Source of the DNA: Mustelus asterias
Lineage: Eukaryota
Assembly: GCF_964213995.1 (NCBI RefSeq)
Contig: NW_027590186.1
Coordinates: forward strand, 1-64,000
Length of the DNA: 64,000 nucleotides
Reading direction: 5' to 3'
The translations under genes and the position numbers were made by a program. How positions within the stretch are numbered: the stretch's first letter is position 1; each line of letters opens with the position of its first letter. The notes under the pieces were generated by a model. The model saw only the letters and a list, made by a program, of their open reading frames with translations, ran no database searches and was not told the DNA's origin. Shown here one piece after another: positions 12,610 through 25,790 of the stretch.

Positions 12610-13368
12610 TCATTCATGAACGTGTTGGTGTCTCAGCAGGGCAAATGAAGCTCTGAATCCCTTCCCACACTGAGAGCAGGTGAACGGTCTCTCTCCAATG
12701 TGAACTCGCTGGTGTCTCAGCAGGTGGGATGAAACTCTGAATCCCTTCCCACACTGAGAGCAGGTAAAGGGCCTCTCCCCAGTGTGAAGTCGATGGTGTG
12801 CCAGCTGGGTGGATAACTGAGTGAATCTCTTCCCACACTGAGAGCAGGTGAACGGCCTCTCCCCAGTGTGAACTCGCTCGTGTGTCCGCAGGGTGGATGA
12901 ATGACTGAATCCCTTCCCACACTGAGGGCAGCTGTACGGCCTCTCCCCAGTGTGAACTCGCTGGTGTGTCTGCAAGTGGGATAACTGAGTGAATCCCTCC
13001 CCACATTGAGAGCAGATGAACGGTCTCTCCCCAGTGTGAACTCGCTGGTGTGTCCGCAGGTTGGATAACCGAGTGAATCTCTCCCCACACTGCGAGCAGG
13101 TGAACGGTTTCTCCCCAGTGTGAACTCGGTGGTGTGTCTGCAGGTCGGATGAGTGAGTGAATTCCTTCTCACACACAGAGCAGGTGAACGGTCTCTCCCC
13201 GGTGTGAACTCGCTGGTGTCTCTGCAGACTGGATGAGTGACTGAATCCCTTCCCACACACAGAGCAGGTGAATGGTCTCTCCCCGGTGTGACTGCGTCGA
13301 TGAGTTTCCAGATCAGATGGGACTTTGAATCCCTTCCCACAGTCCCCACATTTCCACGGTTTCTCCAT
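12610..13368 (-). CDS. C2H2 zinc-finger-only protein ZNF-1 (252 aa, 9 fingers)
   Basis: ATG in ACCATGG context at 13368 ([12 protein letters not shown]); 9 CX2CX12HX3H fingers with TGERP linkers; TGA at 12610-12612. Confidence 0.9.
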   Translation of the reverse strand: MEKPWKCGDCGKGFKVPSDLETHRRSHTGERPFTCSVCGKGFSHSSSLQRHQRVHTGERPFTCSVCEKEFTHSSDLQTHHRVHTGEKPFTCSQCGERFTRLSNLRTHQRVHTGERPFICSQCGEGFTQLSHLQTHQRVHTGERPYSCPQCGKGFSHSSTLRTHERVHTGERPFTCSQCGKRFTQLSTQLAHHRLHTGERPFTCSQCGKGFRVSSHLLRHQRVHIGERPFTCSQCGKGFRASFALLRHQHVHE

Positions 13369-14529
13369 GGTGCGGGTGTCCTTGTGACTCTCCAGGTTAA
13401 ACAATCAGTTGAATCTCACACAGAACAGTCTCTCCCCACTGAGAATGCTGTGATGTATTTTCAGGCTGTGTAACTGGTTAAAGCTCTTTCCACACTCATT
13501 GTGCTGGAACACTTTCACTCAAGGGTTGTTTATGTGTCTTGGTGCTTTTCCAGTCACACTGATCTTTAAAATCTTTTGAAGCAGCAAGAAACATTTCTCC
13601 TTCTCGAATCAAAGGTCGATAATATTCAGGTCTCGATAAATTGAGTGACTCTGTTAGATGTTGTTGTGATGTTTGTTCTGGGTATTTGTCTGTAAATCCT
13701 CACCTTCTGATATCCTGTAAAAGGAATTTACAAAAGTAATTATTGTAAGTACAGGATAGAAATTCAGAACAGACAATTCTAGTTTCTATGGAACATTCTT
13801 TCCTCTCTCATTCCCCAAAAGCTGTAAATCTCCATCCCACACACTCTCCCTCCATTCTCACTCTGCTGTATCTAATATTCACCCTCCCAATTCTCCTGAA
13901 CATTCTGATTCAGACTGATTGACAGATTTATGCGAACTGCTTCCTGTCCCAGACACAGAGATCTGAAAATCTCCATGCAGGCTGCCATACACATAAATGT
14001 CTATATGACTGGACTAAAAATGTGTGGAATATACAGAGTGGATTCACTTCTTTTCCATTCAGTGGGTAAGGGTGGACAAGTTGCCAGGACCCAATCATGT
14101 CCTTGTTCTTGTGTGGTGACCAGATTTGCACACAGTATTCTAGCTGTGTGCATTGTGCATAACTCCATCATAACCTCCTTTTCTTATATTTTCTGCCTTG
14201 GCTAATAAAGGGAAGTATCCCAAATCCCTTCTGAACCATTTCATTAATCTATCCTGCTGTCTTCAGGGTCTGATGGAAATGCACCCCAAGATTCTTCTGG
14301 TCCTCTGTACTTCCTGGGGACCAACCATTCATTGTATGTTCCCTTACCTTGTTAGTTCTCCCAAAATGAATTACCTCATACTTTCCAGGGTTAAATTGAA
14401 TTTGCCATTGCTCTGTTCATCTAACCAGCCCATCTGCATCCTGTTGTAATCTGAGGCTTTGCTCCTCACTATTTATTACACCTGTGAAATTACTGATCAT
14501 AATTCTGACACATTTGGATCATTAAGGCT

Positions 14530-14850
14530 CGACGGCACGGTGGCAATATTAGATACAGCATTGCTGCATCACAGCGCCAGGGACTCGGGTTCAAATCCGG
14601 TCTTGGGTCACTGTCTGTGTGGAGTTTGCACATTCTCCAGTGTCTGTGTGGGTTTCCTCCAGGCATAAGGTTTCCTCCCACAGTCCAAAGATGTGCGGGT
14701 TAGGTTGATTGGCCATGTCAAATTGACCCTAGTGTCAGGGGGATTATCAGGGTAATCTGAGGGGTTCTGGGAAGAGGGCCTGGGATTGTAGTCAGTGCAG
14801 ACTTGATGGGCCGAATGCCCTCCTTCTGCACTGTAGGGATTCTATGATTA
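14530..14850 (+). mobile_element. HE1/V-SINE-type SINE
   Basis: Head, core and tail as in the other copies. Confidence 0.8.
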
Positions 14851-15109
14851 ATGTGCACAATATTAATTTGCTCCCCTTATATGTCAGACATCACCTGGGG
14901 AAGTCAGACCATCCTTTTAGCCAGACAAATAAATGTGTCAGCTGAGGGAGCAAAGGATGTCAATGTCTTTAAGAGAGAGAGAAACCTGGGCCAACCTTTC
15001 CAGAGTCTGTAGCCTCCCTGGATTCACTTCCTTTCCCTTCAGTTGCTCCAAGGCCCCAATTTTCCCCCAGAGTAAGAAAATAAATGGAAAAGGGGGAGGG
15101 AAGAAAGCG

Positions 15110-15600
15110 TTTTACTCACAGATGTTGATGATAGGAGAAGTTTTCGTCTGTCTGAAGCTCAATATTCACTCAGACAGAGGAGCAGTAGCAGCTTTGCTGG
15201 GCAACAGTGGAAGCTCCATGCAACAATTGACACAAGGCCCGGACTCTGGTTGGCTGGAGGACCAGTGCCCATCCGGTCCTCCACGCGTTGCCATTGGTCA
15301 ATCTGTCGCATGTAGACAATGAGGGGGCGGAACCCGAGCCCACGTGGGGGTGGGCGGGGCTTTGACCGCCAGCCGCGCTGAGCTGGCGTCCAATCCGCAG
15401 TATTTCGCTTCTGTAACCAGCGATATTGCTGCCAATGGGACACTGTGTGCTGCGAACGCCCCTCTGAGTCATTGTGACGGCACAATGGAGCCCTGCCTGA
15501 ATCAGCCAATAGCAATCACTCTGCTCCGCGGTGACGTCTCCGGGTTCAGGCGCGCGGACCCGGGAGCTCCGCCCCCACCCATTGTTCCCCAGTCTGTACA
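15110..15600. promoter_or_regulatory. CpG-rich bidirectional promoter of ZNF-1/ZNF-2
   Basis: CpG-rich; GC boxes (gggcgggg), several CCAAT boxes, CRE-like gtgacgtc and cattgtgacggcacaatg; minus-strand first-exon donor CT|GTGAGT near 15119. Confidence 0.7.
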
Positions 15601-15667
15601 TTCCACACATTGTTAGTCCAGTCAGATAGACATATATCTGTCTGGCCGCCTGCATGGGGATTTCCAG

Positions 15668-15747
15668 CTCTCTGTGTCCAGGACAGGAAGCAGTGAGCAT
15701 GGATCTGTCAATCAGCCTCAATCAGCACCTTCAGGAGAATTGGGAGG
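15668..15747 (+). other. Conserved 5' exon of the ZNF genes carrying a short uORF (MDLSISLNQHLQENWE..)
   Basis: TTTCCAG acceptor, ATG at 15699, GG|GTGAAT donor; near-identical copies upstream of ZNF-1, -3, -4, -5 and -8. Confidence 0.6.
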
Positions 15748-16251
15748 GTGAATATTAGATACAGCAGAGTGAGAATGGAGGGAGAGTGTGTGGGATGGAG
15801 ATTCACAGCTTTTGGGGAATGAGAGAGGAAAGAATGTTCTATAGAAACTAGAATTGTCTGTTCTGAATTTCTATCCTGCACTGACAGTGGTGACTTTTAT
15901 AAACTTCTTTTACAGGAGATTAGAAGATGAGGGTTTACAGACAGAAATCTTAAACTAAAGTTCACGTCAATATCTGACAGTCACTAAATTCATCCGGACC
16001 TGAATACCATCGGCCGTTGAATCTAGAAGGAGAAATGTTTCTCTGTTCTGTCTGCGTCAGAAGATTTTAAACATCAGTGTGGCTGGAAAAGCGCCGACAC
16101 ACATAAACACAGCTGAGTGAGAGTGTTCCAGTGTACAGATGTGGAACCAACAGTAACACAGCCTGAAAAAAACATTGCAGCATTCAGAGCAGGGACAGAT
16201 TGTACCCGTGTTATATCAATGCATGACGAAAGATACAAGGATACCCACACC

Positions 16252-17382
16252 ATGGAGAAACCGTGGAAATGTGGGGATTGTGGAAAAGGATTCATGTCCC
16301 CATCTGAGCTGGAAATTCATCGACGCAGTCACACTGGGGAGAAGCCATTCACCTGCTCTGTGTGTGGGAAGGGATTCATTCATTCATCCCACCTGCTGAG
16401 GCATAAAGTCACTCACACCCTGGACAGACCCTTTAAATGCTCTGACTGTGGGAGTGAATTCAAAAGCTCTGGAAAACTGGTGTCCCACCAGTGCATTCAC
16501 ACTGAGGAGAGACCGACCAGCTGCTCTCACTGCTCAAAGAGGTTTAAAACATCATCCAACCTGCAAATACACCAGCAAGTTCACTCCAGGGAGAGACCGT
16601 TTACCTGCTCTGAGTGTGGGAAGGGATTCACTGCTTCATCCTACCTGCTAAGACACAAAGTCACTCACACCAATGAGAGACCCTTTAAATGCTCTGACTG
16701 TGGGAGCGGCTTCAAAAGGTCTCGGGAACTGATGGCCCACCAGCGCATTCACACTGAGGAGAGACCGTTCAGCTGCGCTCAGTGTGGAAAGGGATTCACT
16801 CAGTTATCCGCACTGCAGCTACACCAGCGAACTCATACTGGGGAGAAGCCGTTCACCTGCTCTGTGTGTGGGAAGGGATTCACTCGGTCACACAGCCTGA
16901 TAAAACACAATCTCACTCACACCAATGAGAAACCCTTTAAATGCTCTGACTGTGGGAGTGGCTTCAAACGTGCTGAGAATCTGATGTCCCACCAGCGCAT
17001 TCACACTGAGGAGAGACCGTTCAGCTGCTCTCACTGCACAAAGAGGTTTAAATGGTCAAACGGCCTGCGGGAACACCAGCGAGTTCACACCAGGGAGAGA
17101 CCATTCACCTGCTCCGTGTGTGGGAAGGGATTCACTCAGTCATCCGCCCTGCTGAAACACAAAGTCACCCACACCCAGGAGAGACCCTTTAAATGTTCTG
17201 ACTGTGGAAGTGGTTTCAAAAGTTCTCGGGCACTGATGTCCCACCAACGCACCCACACTGAGGAGAGACCGTTCAGCTGCTCTCACTGCACAAAGAGGTT
17301 TAGAAGGTCATCCCACCTTCAGAAACATGAGCGAATTCACACTGGGGAGAGGCCATTCACCTGCTCTCTGTGTGGAAAGTGA
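16252..17382 (+). CDS. C2H2 zinc-finger protein ZNF-2 (13 complete fingers; premature TGA inside finger 14, ancestral frame continues to 17514)
   Basis: ACCATGG start at 16252; CGK*F nonsense codon (GGA>TGA) at 17380-17382; the rest of finger 14 and all of finger 15 are intact in frame, ending HK* at 17512-17514. Confidence 0.88.
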   Translation: MEKPWKCGDCGKGFMSPSELEIHRRSHTGEKPFTCSVCGKGFIHSSHLLRHKVTHTLDRPFKCSDCGSEFKSSGKLVSHQCIHTEERPTSCSHCSKRFKTSSNLQIHQQVHSRERPFTCSECGKGFTASSYLLRHKVTHTNERPFKCSDCGSGFKRSRELMAHQRIHTEERPFSCAQCGKGFTQLSALQLHQRTHTGEKPFTCSVCGKGFTRSHSLIKHNLTHTNEKPFKCSDCGSGFKRAENLMSHQRIHTEERPFSCSHCTKRFKWSNGLREHQRVHTRERPFTCSVCGKGFTQSSALLKHKVTHTQERPFKCSDCGSGFKSSRALMSHQRTHTEERPFSCSHCTKRFRRSSHLQKHERIHTGERPFTCSLCGK

Positions 17383-17764
17383 TTCAGTGATTCATACTAC
17401 CTGCTGACTCACCAGCGAGTTCACACTGGGGACAGGCCATTCACCTGCTCTGTGTGTGGGAAGGGATTCATTCAGTCATCTCACCTGCTGAAACACCAGC
17501 GAGTTCACAAGTGATGACACGGGTTGGATTCTGCTGTTGATCTCATCCAGGACTGAACCATGTTCATTCTGACAGTTGGTGAAGTGGGAGGGTCAGAGGA
17601 TTTCTTTCTGCTGGACTGGACGGTCTTATGGCTTTGCTTCCAGTGGGCTGATGCTCTTTGTGCCTGGGAGAGCACATTTCACTGAAATGATCCACAAAAG
17701 CTGATGAAGGATATTTATTTTATCTGGATAGTAAATAGTGTTTTTCCCACTGCTACAGTTAGCT

Positions 17765-18390
17765 CTGAAATAAACACAGAAAGAACTGGAAAATCGCAGC
17801 AGGTCTGGCAGCATCTGTGGAGAGAGAAACAAAGATAACTTTTTATGTTCAATGCAACTCTACTTCAAAACAAAAGAGAGGGAGAAATGTGATGGGTTTG
17901 ATGCTGCTGAGAAAGGGGGGAGGGGCAGGTAGAACAAAAGGGAAAGTCAGGGATTGGTTAGAGGGTGGGTGAGATTAAATGACAAAAATGTCCTGGAACA
18001 AAAGGCAAAGGGAGAGGTAATGGTTGTGGTAAAGAAACAAAGCATTGGTCCACAGTAAGTGTTAATGGCAGAATAAAGGACAGCTCTGTCTGGAAGCAAA
18101 AAAAAACATGAAAACAAGATGCAGACTGGCACTCGGCAAAAAACAACAAATCAAAATGTAGGAGAGAGTTCAGGGTGTGAAGTTGTTGAACTCAATGTTG
18201 AGTCCAGAAGGCTGTAAAGTGCCTCATCGGAAGATGAGGGGCTGTTTGTCCAGCTTGTGTTGGGCTTCTCCGGAACATTGCAGCAGGCCGAGGACAGAAA
18301 TGTGAGTGTGAGAGCAAGGTGGTGAATTCTAATGGCAAGCAAGCGGAAGGTCAGGGTCATGCTTGTGGGCTGAGCGGAGGTGTTCCACAA
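17765..18390 (-). mobile_element. Penelope-like element 3' fragment (GIY-YIG endonuclease C-terminus plus pLTR)
   Basis: Minus frame reads EHLRSAHKHDPDLPLACH*NSPPCSHTHISVLGLLQC...LIFR*GTLQPSGLNIEFNNF, typical of the PLE endonuclease end. Confidence 0.8.
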
Positions 18391-20212
18391 CTCTATCGTG
18401 ACTGGAGCTTTATTTCAAAATGGATCCTGTATTCACCTAAATGCTTGTGGAATCTGTAGCGAGCAGCAACTGTTTAAACTAAGAATTTCTTCTTTCCTTT
18501 TGATCAGCTAGAAGAGATTATATTCTGTGAAATCTGCCTCAAGAATAAGGTTGATTGGTTCAGTCTGAGTGTGAAAGAAAGATACAGGGGGCGATCTTAC
18601 CGGCTCGATTTGCCACTCGATCAGCGCGGTGAGCCGGGAAGATAGCGTGCGAGGCTAAAGTATTGCTATCTTCCTGGCCCTGTTTTGCCGGCGTGAATGG
18701 TTTTGTGACCAGAAAGAGGGTGAAGGCTAATTGCATAGATTTGCTTACATTGCAATATGATTGCCGGGTTCGGTTCGGTACAGTTGCCCCCCCCCCCACC
18801 GCCCCCCCCCCCCCCGGTCAGCCGGTGAGACATCACACCGACGAGAATCACTACTGGTCTTCACCAGCGGGGACCAGCCGCTTGGACTACGCTGGGGGGG
18901 GGGGGGGGGGGGGGGAGTGGGGGGGGGAATCAGAGGCCAATGAAACCACCAGGTGATGGGGGGGGATATCTGGGCAGCGCAAATTGGGCAATGCCACACT
19001 GGCATGCCCACCTGGCATCGTAGCAGTGCCTGGTTGCGTGCCCTAAGTGCACCATGGACGGTGCCAAGGGGGTGGGGCATGTGTGGTGGTGGGGCCTGGA
19101 GAGGTATTTAACATGATGGAGGGGTTTTTGCAAGGGGGGTGCTTGTCAAGAGGGGAGCTCTGTATGGGGGGGTGGTGTGATTGGCTTGGGCGGGGGGGGA
19201 ATCTCTGCCAAGGGGGTGGGGGGGAGGGTCGTTCAGGGGCAGGGCATGTCGGTGTTCTGACAGAGGATGCATCGGGAGGGTCCCGATGCTCCGATGCCGG
19301 CGACCCATCCAGGGCTAAAAAAATAAAATTGTAAACATTAAATAAGTGCCTTTGTAACTGCAGAATAAAACCAATCGGGGTAATGCAGAGCTAATGAGAC
19401 ACACCTCTTGACAATGGTATAAATCCCTCATCATTTCATGTGTGTTTTGATGTTGCATATATTATATAATTACAGAGTAAACTTTATTAAATAAAATATG
19501 AATTAAAAAAAGAAAAGAAACAAGATCAAGATATACAAATCAGCATATAAAATGTCAAAACATACAAAAAGAAAAAAAGAATTAAAAGTGGTTAACAATA
19601 AGGCAACATCATTTGTCTAAAAATCTGTAACATTTTTACCGTCTGTAACAATGCCAGTCAGCAGATTTGTTCCACAAACGATTTAAATTTCTGGATATTG
19701 AGGAATTTCAACATCAGGTCATTTTGTGTTTATCATTTTCCCCGGCACCTATAATAAACCCAAAAAACTTCACAGCAGAACCACTTGTCAGTTGTTTCAT
19801 CTCTTTAGTTGGATGTTGATACTTCTTAACCTTTTCATCCCATGCTTTTTCCAGAGAATTCATGTTATCTTCAATCTTGTTGTGATATCAACAGCCGCAA
19901 CTTCTTTCCCATTGCTGATCAGCATGTCGGGTTTATACAGTTGTTTTATCGGCCGTTCTTATTGGGGGTCCTGAAATAACTTTAAAATGATGTGTGTGTG
20001 CATACTCCTCCAATTGATGCAAGATCTTATTGTGTCTGAGGATTCTGGCATTTTTGGCAAAAGGACAAGAGCCTCAAATATGTCCAATCGTTTCATTCAC
20101 GGAGTTGCAACTTCAGCATAATTCACGACCTCCGGATTTTCCAAATGCTAAAAAAATTCTTGCCGGGTATGCATTACTTCTAATCAGAGTATTAATAAAA
20201 TTTGACTCCTTA

Positions 20213-20497
20213 AGACCATAAGACATAGGAGCAGAATTAGGCCACTCGACCCATCGAGTCTGCTTCGCCATTCAATCATGGCTGATTTTTTCTCATCCCC
20301 ATTCTCCTGCCTTTTCCCCATCACCCCCGATCCCCTTGTTAATCAAGAACCTATCTATCTCTGTCTTAAAGATACTCAATGACCCGGCCTCCACAGCCTT
20401 CTGCAGCAAAGAGTTCCTCAGATTCACCACTCTCTGGCTGAAGAAATTCCTCCTCATCTCTGTTTTAAAGGATTGTCCCTTAATTCTGAGGTTGTGC
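20213..20497 (-). mobile_element. CR1 3' end inserted in the R2 relic
   Basis: (cataaga)n tail and CR1 3' UTR. Confidence 0.8.
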
Positions 20498-20805
20498 TTT
20501 TACAAAAGTTAAAGTTCAGCCAGTGATTAGAAACCAGGTCGAGGAAGTAGGAAATGCCAATTCCTTGGTAATTTAAGGTGGACCATTTGTGAGCTTAAAA
20601 TTGATGCCAACCCAAAATTGGACTTTCTTCATGACCTGCTTTTTGATGGAAAGCATTTGGCGGGTCCAAATCACTTCAATTTTGTCATTGTATAGTGCAC
20701 AAATACAACGGAAAGAGAGCTTGCAGGCTCCAAGATACAAAGAAAAAAGCAAATGCAGTCGTCATTATAAAATAATGCCAATAGTCAAAGAAATAGTCAA
20801 AGAAA

Positions 20806-21160
20806 TTTGATGGGTATAGATAGAGTGAATGCAAGCGGGCTTTTTCCGCTGAGGCTAGGGGAGAAAAAAACCAGAGGGCATGGGTTAAGGGTGAAAGGAG
20901 AAAAGTTTAAAGGGAATATTAGGGGGGGCTTCTTCACGCAGAGAGTGGTGGGAGTGTGGAATGAGCTGCCGGATAAAGTGGTAAATGCGGGGTCAGTTTT
21001 AACATTTAAGAAAAACTTGGACGGGTTCATGGATGAGAGGGGTGTGGAGGGATATGGTCCAAGTGCAGGTCAGTGGGGCTAGGCATAAAATGGTTCGGCA
21101 CAGACAAGAAGGGCCAAGAGGCCTGTTTCTGAGCTGTAATTTTCTATGGTTCTATGGTTC
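20806..21160 (+). mobile_element. CR1 3' end
   Basis: ORF 20807-21082 (TRGHGLRV..FFTQRVVGVWNELP); (tctatggt)n tail. Confidence 0.85.
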
Positions 21161-21161
21161 T

Positions 21162-23500
21162 AAAAGAAAATTACAGCACAGGAACAGGCCCTTCAAGCCT
21201 GCACCAACCATGCTGCCTGTCTGAACTAAAACCCCTTACCCTTCCGTGGACCATATCCCTCTATTCCCATCCTATTCATGTATTTGTCAAGACGCCCCTT
21301 AAAAGTCACTACCATATCCGCTTCCACTACCTGCCTCGGCGACAAGTTCCAGGCAGCCACCACCCTCTGTGTAAAAAATCTGCCTCGTACATCTCCTTTA
21401 AACCTTGCCCCTCACACCTTAAACCTATGCCCCCTAGTAATTGACTCTTCCACCCTGGGAAAAAGCTTCTGACTATCCACTCTGTCCATGCCTCTCATAA
21501 TCTTGTAGACTTCAATCAGGTTGGCCCTCAACTTCCGTCGTTCCAGTGAGAACAAACCAAGTTTCTCCAACCTCTCCTCATAGCTAATGTCCTCCATACC
21601 AGGCAACATCCTGGTAAATCTTTTCTGTACTCTCTCGAAAGCCTCCATATTCTTTTGATAGTGTGGCAACCAGAATTGAACACAATATTCCAAGTGTGGC
21701 CTAACTAAGGTTCTATAAAGCTGCAACATGACTTGCCAATTTTTAAACCCAGTGCCCCGGCTGATGAAGGTAAGCATGCTGTATGCCTTCTTGACTACCT
21801 TCTCCACCTGCATTGCCACTTTCAGTGACTTGTGTACCTGTACACCCAGATCCCTTTGCCTATCAATACTCTTAAGGGTTCTGCCATTTACTGTACATTT
21901 CCTATCTGTATAAGACCTTCCAAAATGCATGACCTCATGTTTGTCCAAATTAAACTCCATCTGCCATCTCTCTGCCCAAGTCTCCAACTGATCTATATCC
22001 TGCTGTATCCTCTGATGGTCCTCATCGCTATCCACAAATCCATCTTTGTGTCGTCCGCAAACTTACGAATCAAACCAGTCACATTTTCCTCCAAATCATT
22101 TATATATATTACAAACAGCAAAGGTCCCAGCACTGATCCCTGAGGAACACCACTTGTCACAGCCCTCCATTCAGAAATGCACCCTTCCACTGCTACCCTC
22201 AGTCTTCTTTGACCGATGATGTGGAGATGCCGGTGTTGGACTGGGGGAAGCACGTAAGAAGTCTCACAACACCAGGTTAAAGTCCAACAGATTTATTTGG
22301 CAGCACTGGCTTTCGGAGCCCCAAGCTCCTTCCTCAGGTGACTCACTCACCTGAGGAAGGAGCTTGGGGCTCCGAAAGCTAGTGCTGCCAAGTAAACCTG
22401 TTGGACTTTAACCTGGTGTTGTGAGACTTCTTACTGTTCTTTGACCGAGCCAGTTTTGTATCCACCTTGCCAGCTCACCTCTGATCCCATGTGACTTCAC
22501 CTTCTGCACCAATCTGCCATGAGGGACCTTGTCAAAGGCTTTACTGAAGTCCATGTAGACAACATCCACTGCCCTGCCCTCAATCATCTTCGTCACTTCC
22601 TCGAAAAACTCGATCAAGTTCGTGGGACAAGACCTCCCCTTCACAAAACCATGTTGCCTCTCACTATTACGTCCACCTATTTCCAAGTGGGAATAAATCC
22701 TGTCTCGAAGAATCCTCTCCAATAATTTCCCTACCACTGATGTTTGGCTCACCGGCCTGTAATTACCTGGATTATTCTTGCTACCCTTCTTAAACAAAGG
22801 AACAACATTGGCTATTCTCCAACCCTCTGGGACCTCCCCTGTAGCCAGTGAGGATACAAAGATTTCTCTCAAGGCTCCAGCAATTTCCTCCCTTGCCTCT
22901 CTCAGTATTCTGGAGTATATCCCATCAGGCCCTGGGGACTTGTCTCCCTTAATGTTTCTCAAGAACCCCAATACCTCCTCCTTTTTGACCTCAACATGAC
23001 TCAAACTATCTACACACCCTTTCCCAGACTCAACATCCACCAAGTCCTTCTCTTTGGTGAATACTGACACAAAGTACTCATTTAATACCTCGCCCATTTC
23101 CTCTGGCTCCATGCATAGATTCCCTCCCTTGTCCTTGAGTGGGCCAACCCTCTCCCTGGCTACCCTCTTGCTCTTTATATATGTATAAAAAGCCTTGGGA
23201 GTTTCCTTAATCCTGCTGGCCAATGCTTTTTTGTGACCCCTTTTAGCCCTCCTTACTTCTTGCTTAAGTTTCTTTCTACTTTCCTTGTATTCCACACTTG
23301 CTTCGTGTGTTCCCAGCCTCCTAGCTTTGACAAATGCTTCCTTTTTCTCTTTGACTAGGTTCACAATATCTCTCGTTATCCAAGGTTCCAAAACTTGCCA
23401 TACTTATCCTTCATCCTTACAGGAATGTGCCGGTCCTGAATCCCTATCAACTTACACTTGAAAGCCTCCCACGTGCCAGATGTTGATTTGCCCTCAAACA
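21162..23500 (-). mobile_element. CR1 LINE ORF2 (RT), 5'-truncated
   Basis: ORFs 22408-23391, 21993-22253 and 21412-22035 with [24 protein letters not shown] and FADDTK motifs. Confidence 0.92.
22217..22436. mobile_element. Penelope pLTR fold-back insertion with hammerhead cores; 12-bp TSD
   Basis: About 180-bp near-perfect palindrome; TSD TTCTTTGACCGA at 22205-22216 and 22437-22448; CTGAGGA-A-GGAGC..GCTCC-GAAAGCTA at 22351-22381. Confidence 0.8.
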
Positions 23501-23840
23501 TTAAGTGTATACATGTGTATTGCACAATACCCATCGCCTGAGGATATGTTAAAGGACGGAGTTCAGCTGGGTAACAGCGCTGGGGAAGAAGCTGTTCCTG
23601 TAGCTGGTCATACAGGTCAAATACATCTGTAGCGCCTCCCAGATGGCAGGGGAACAAACAGTCTCTGACTGGAATCTCTAGTGATGCGGAGATATCTCCA
23701 CAGACAGCATTTGTGATAAATGTCCTGGATGCCGATGATGCATTGGGCAGTTTTGACTACCCGCTGCAGAGCTTTCTGGTCAGAAATGGAACAACTGCCG
23801 TACCAAACCGTAATGCTGTTTGACAAGATCCTCTCTATCC
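23500..23840 (-). mobile_element. Rex1/Babar-type non-LTR fragment
   Basis: ORF 23617-23826: SITVWYGSC..KALQRVVKTAQ..LPSGRRYR. Confidence 0.75.
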
Positions 23841-24636
23841 TCGCCTTCCCTGATGACCCGGAGACTTCTCAACTGGTTACACTTGGTATCTAAATCTGTA
23901 CCGCTAAATTGGAATGATGCCAACACCACTGATTCATTTCTAGTTTTCAAAGTAAATCATTTCTTAAAAACTGCAATTGGCACCACCCTCTCCAATTTCG
24001 GCAAGGCGAGACCTCCATTTCTAGTCTTGGCACATCAAATGTCATCGGCAATATGGTTAGGCAGATGTAAAATCTCTTTTGCCGCCTTGCTAATAACATT
24101 CTGCAATGAAATACGTCTATTTTGTGAGGTTTCATTTAAAATGAGATGATAATAAAACCAGGGAATAAAATAAGTCTTTAAAATATGAAATTTCTCTGAG
24201 GGTTACGCTTCTGATTACTGTCCATGTTTTTAACAGGTCTTCCCAAACTATATCCTTTCAACCTAACCAAGGGGCGAATCGAGCACCTAAATATTTTTCC
24301 ATTTGACCGGGTTCCATTAAATTCCAATTAGAGTCATTAATCTGGTTTGATATTATTGAAGAGAAAGATTTGATTTCAAGATAAAAACTAGCTGTTTTCT
24401 TCATATTGAGGATTTAATGAAGTATAGTGAAACTGAGTAGATGTTTTATATAAATGTTGGATAATATACAGTATGTTGGGAAAGTTCAAACAGCATGATT
24501 TCAGCTTCATCTCAAATATAGATTTAGTGCATTGGAATATGTTCCAAACTGTGGTGCACTGAATCGGCTTTCAGTGACAGAGATAGGAAATGGATTTTTA
24601 AAAATTGTACTCCCTTATTTTACTATCTGTTGGCGA

Positions 24637-24945
24637 CATGGCGGTACAGTGGTTAGCACTGCTGCCTCACAGCGCCTGGGACCCGGGTTGGGTCACAGTC
24701 TGTCTGGAGTTTGCACATTCTCCCCGTGTCTGCGTGGGTTTCCTCCGGGTGCTCCGGTTTCCTCCCACAGTCCAAAGATGTGCAGGTTAGGTTGATTGGC
24801 CACGCTAAAATTGCCCCTTAGTGTCAGGGGGACTGGCTAGGATAAATGCATGGGGTTATGGGGATAGCCTGAGTTGGATTGTGGTCGGTGCAGACTTTAT
24901 AGGCCAAATGGCCTCCTTCTGCACTGTAGGATTCTGTGATTCTAT
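24637..24945 (+). mobile_element. HE1/V-SINE-type SINE
   Basis: Full head, core and tail. Confidence 0.85.
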
Positions 24946-25149
24946 CCAGCTTCCCTTTCAATGTATTCACGCTCTTCACTTCAACCATTCAGAGTGATTG
25001 ATTCATTATTGTCACATTCGAGTCATCGAGGTTTACAGCATGGAAACATACCCTTCGACCCAACTTGTCCAAACCACCCAGTTTTTACCACTAAGCGAGT
25101 CCCAATTGCCTGCGTTTGGCCCCTGTCCCTCTTACCAATGGGTACAATG

Positions 25150-25790
25150 GGTACATTGGGATACAGTGAAAAATATTGTTTCTTGCAAGCCGTTGCAGAC
25201 AAAACACACCGTTCAGAGTACATAGGGGAGAAGGAAAGTAGAGGGTGCAGAATAGTGTTACAGTTACCGATAGGGTGAAGGGAAAGATCAGCTTAATGTG
25301 TAATAGGAAGAAGCTGTTCTGGAGTCTGTTGGTACGTGATCTCAGACTTTTGTATCCTTTTCCCAATGGAAGAGAGGAGGTCCGGGGTGCGTGGGGTCCT
25401 TAATTACGCTGGCTGCTTTTCCGAGGCAGCAGGAAGTGTAGACGGAGTCAATAGACGGGAAGCTGGTTTACGTGATGACTGAACTACGTTCACAACCCTT
25501 TGTTTCTTGCGGTCTTGGTCAGAGCTGGAGCCACACCAAGCTGTGATGCATCCAGAAAGAATGCTTTCTATGGTGCACCTGGAGAAGTTGGAGAGAGTCA
25601 TAGCTAACATGCCAAATTTCCTTAGTCTTCTGAGAAAGGAGAGGCATTGGTGGGCTTTCTTAACTATAGCGTCGGCATGGAGGGACCAGAACAGGTTGTT
25701 GATGATCTGAACACCTCAAAATTGAAGATCTCGAACCATCTCCACTTCATCACCTTTGATGTAGACAAGGGCATGTCCTCCATTACATTT
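25150..25790 (-). mobile_element. Rex1/Babar-type non-LTR fragment
   Basis: ORFs 25404-25610 (RCTIESILSGCITAW) and 25091-25366 (YKSLRSRTNRLQNSFF). Confidence 0.8.

Larger units (their letters stand above)
19480..24420 (-). mobile_element. Degraded, 5'-truncated R2-clade non-LTR retrotransposon in three pieces (about 19480-20212, 20498-20805, 23845-24420)
   Basis: Manual minus-strand translation with stops and frameshifts: EKYLGARFAPWLG; KFHILKTYFIP..ISKAAKEILHLP..NGGLALPKL; WSTLNYQGIG..SNHWL; zinc knuckle C*SCNSVNETIGHI*GSCP..RHNKI; RLE nuclease KPDMLI..VDIT..SLEKAWDEKVKKY. Confidence 0.8.
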
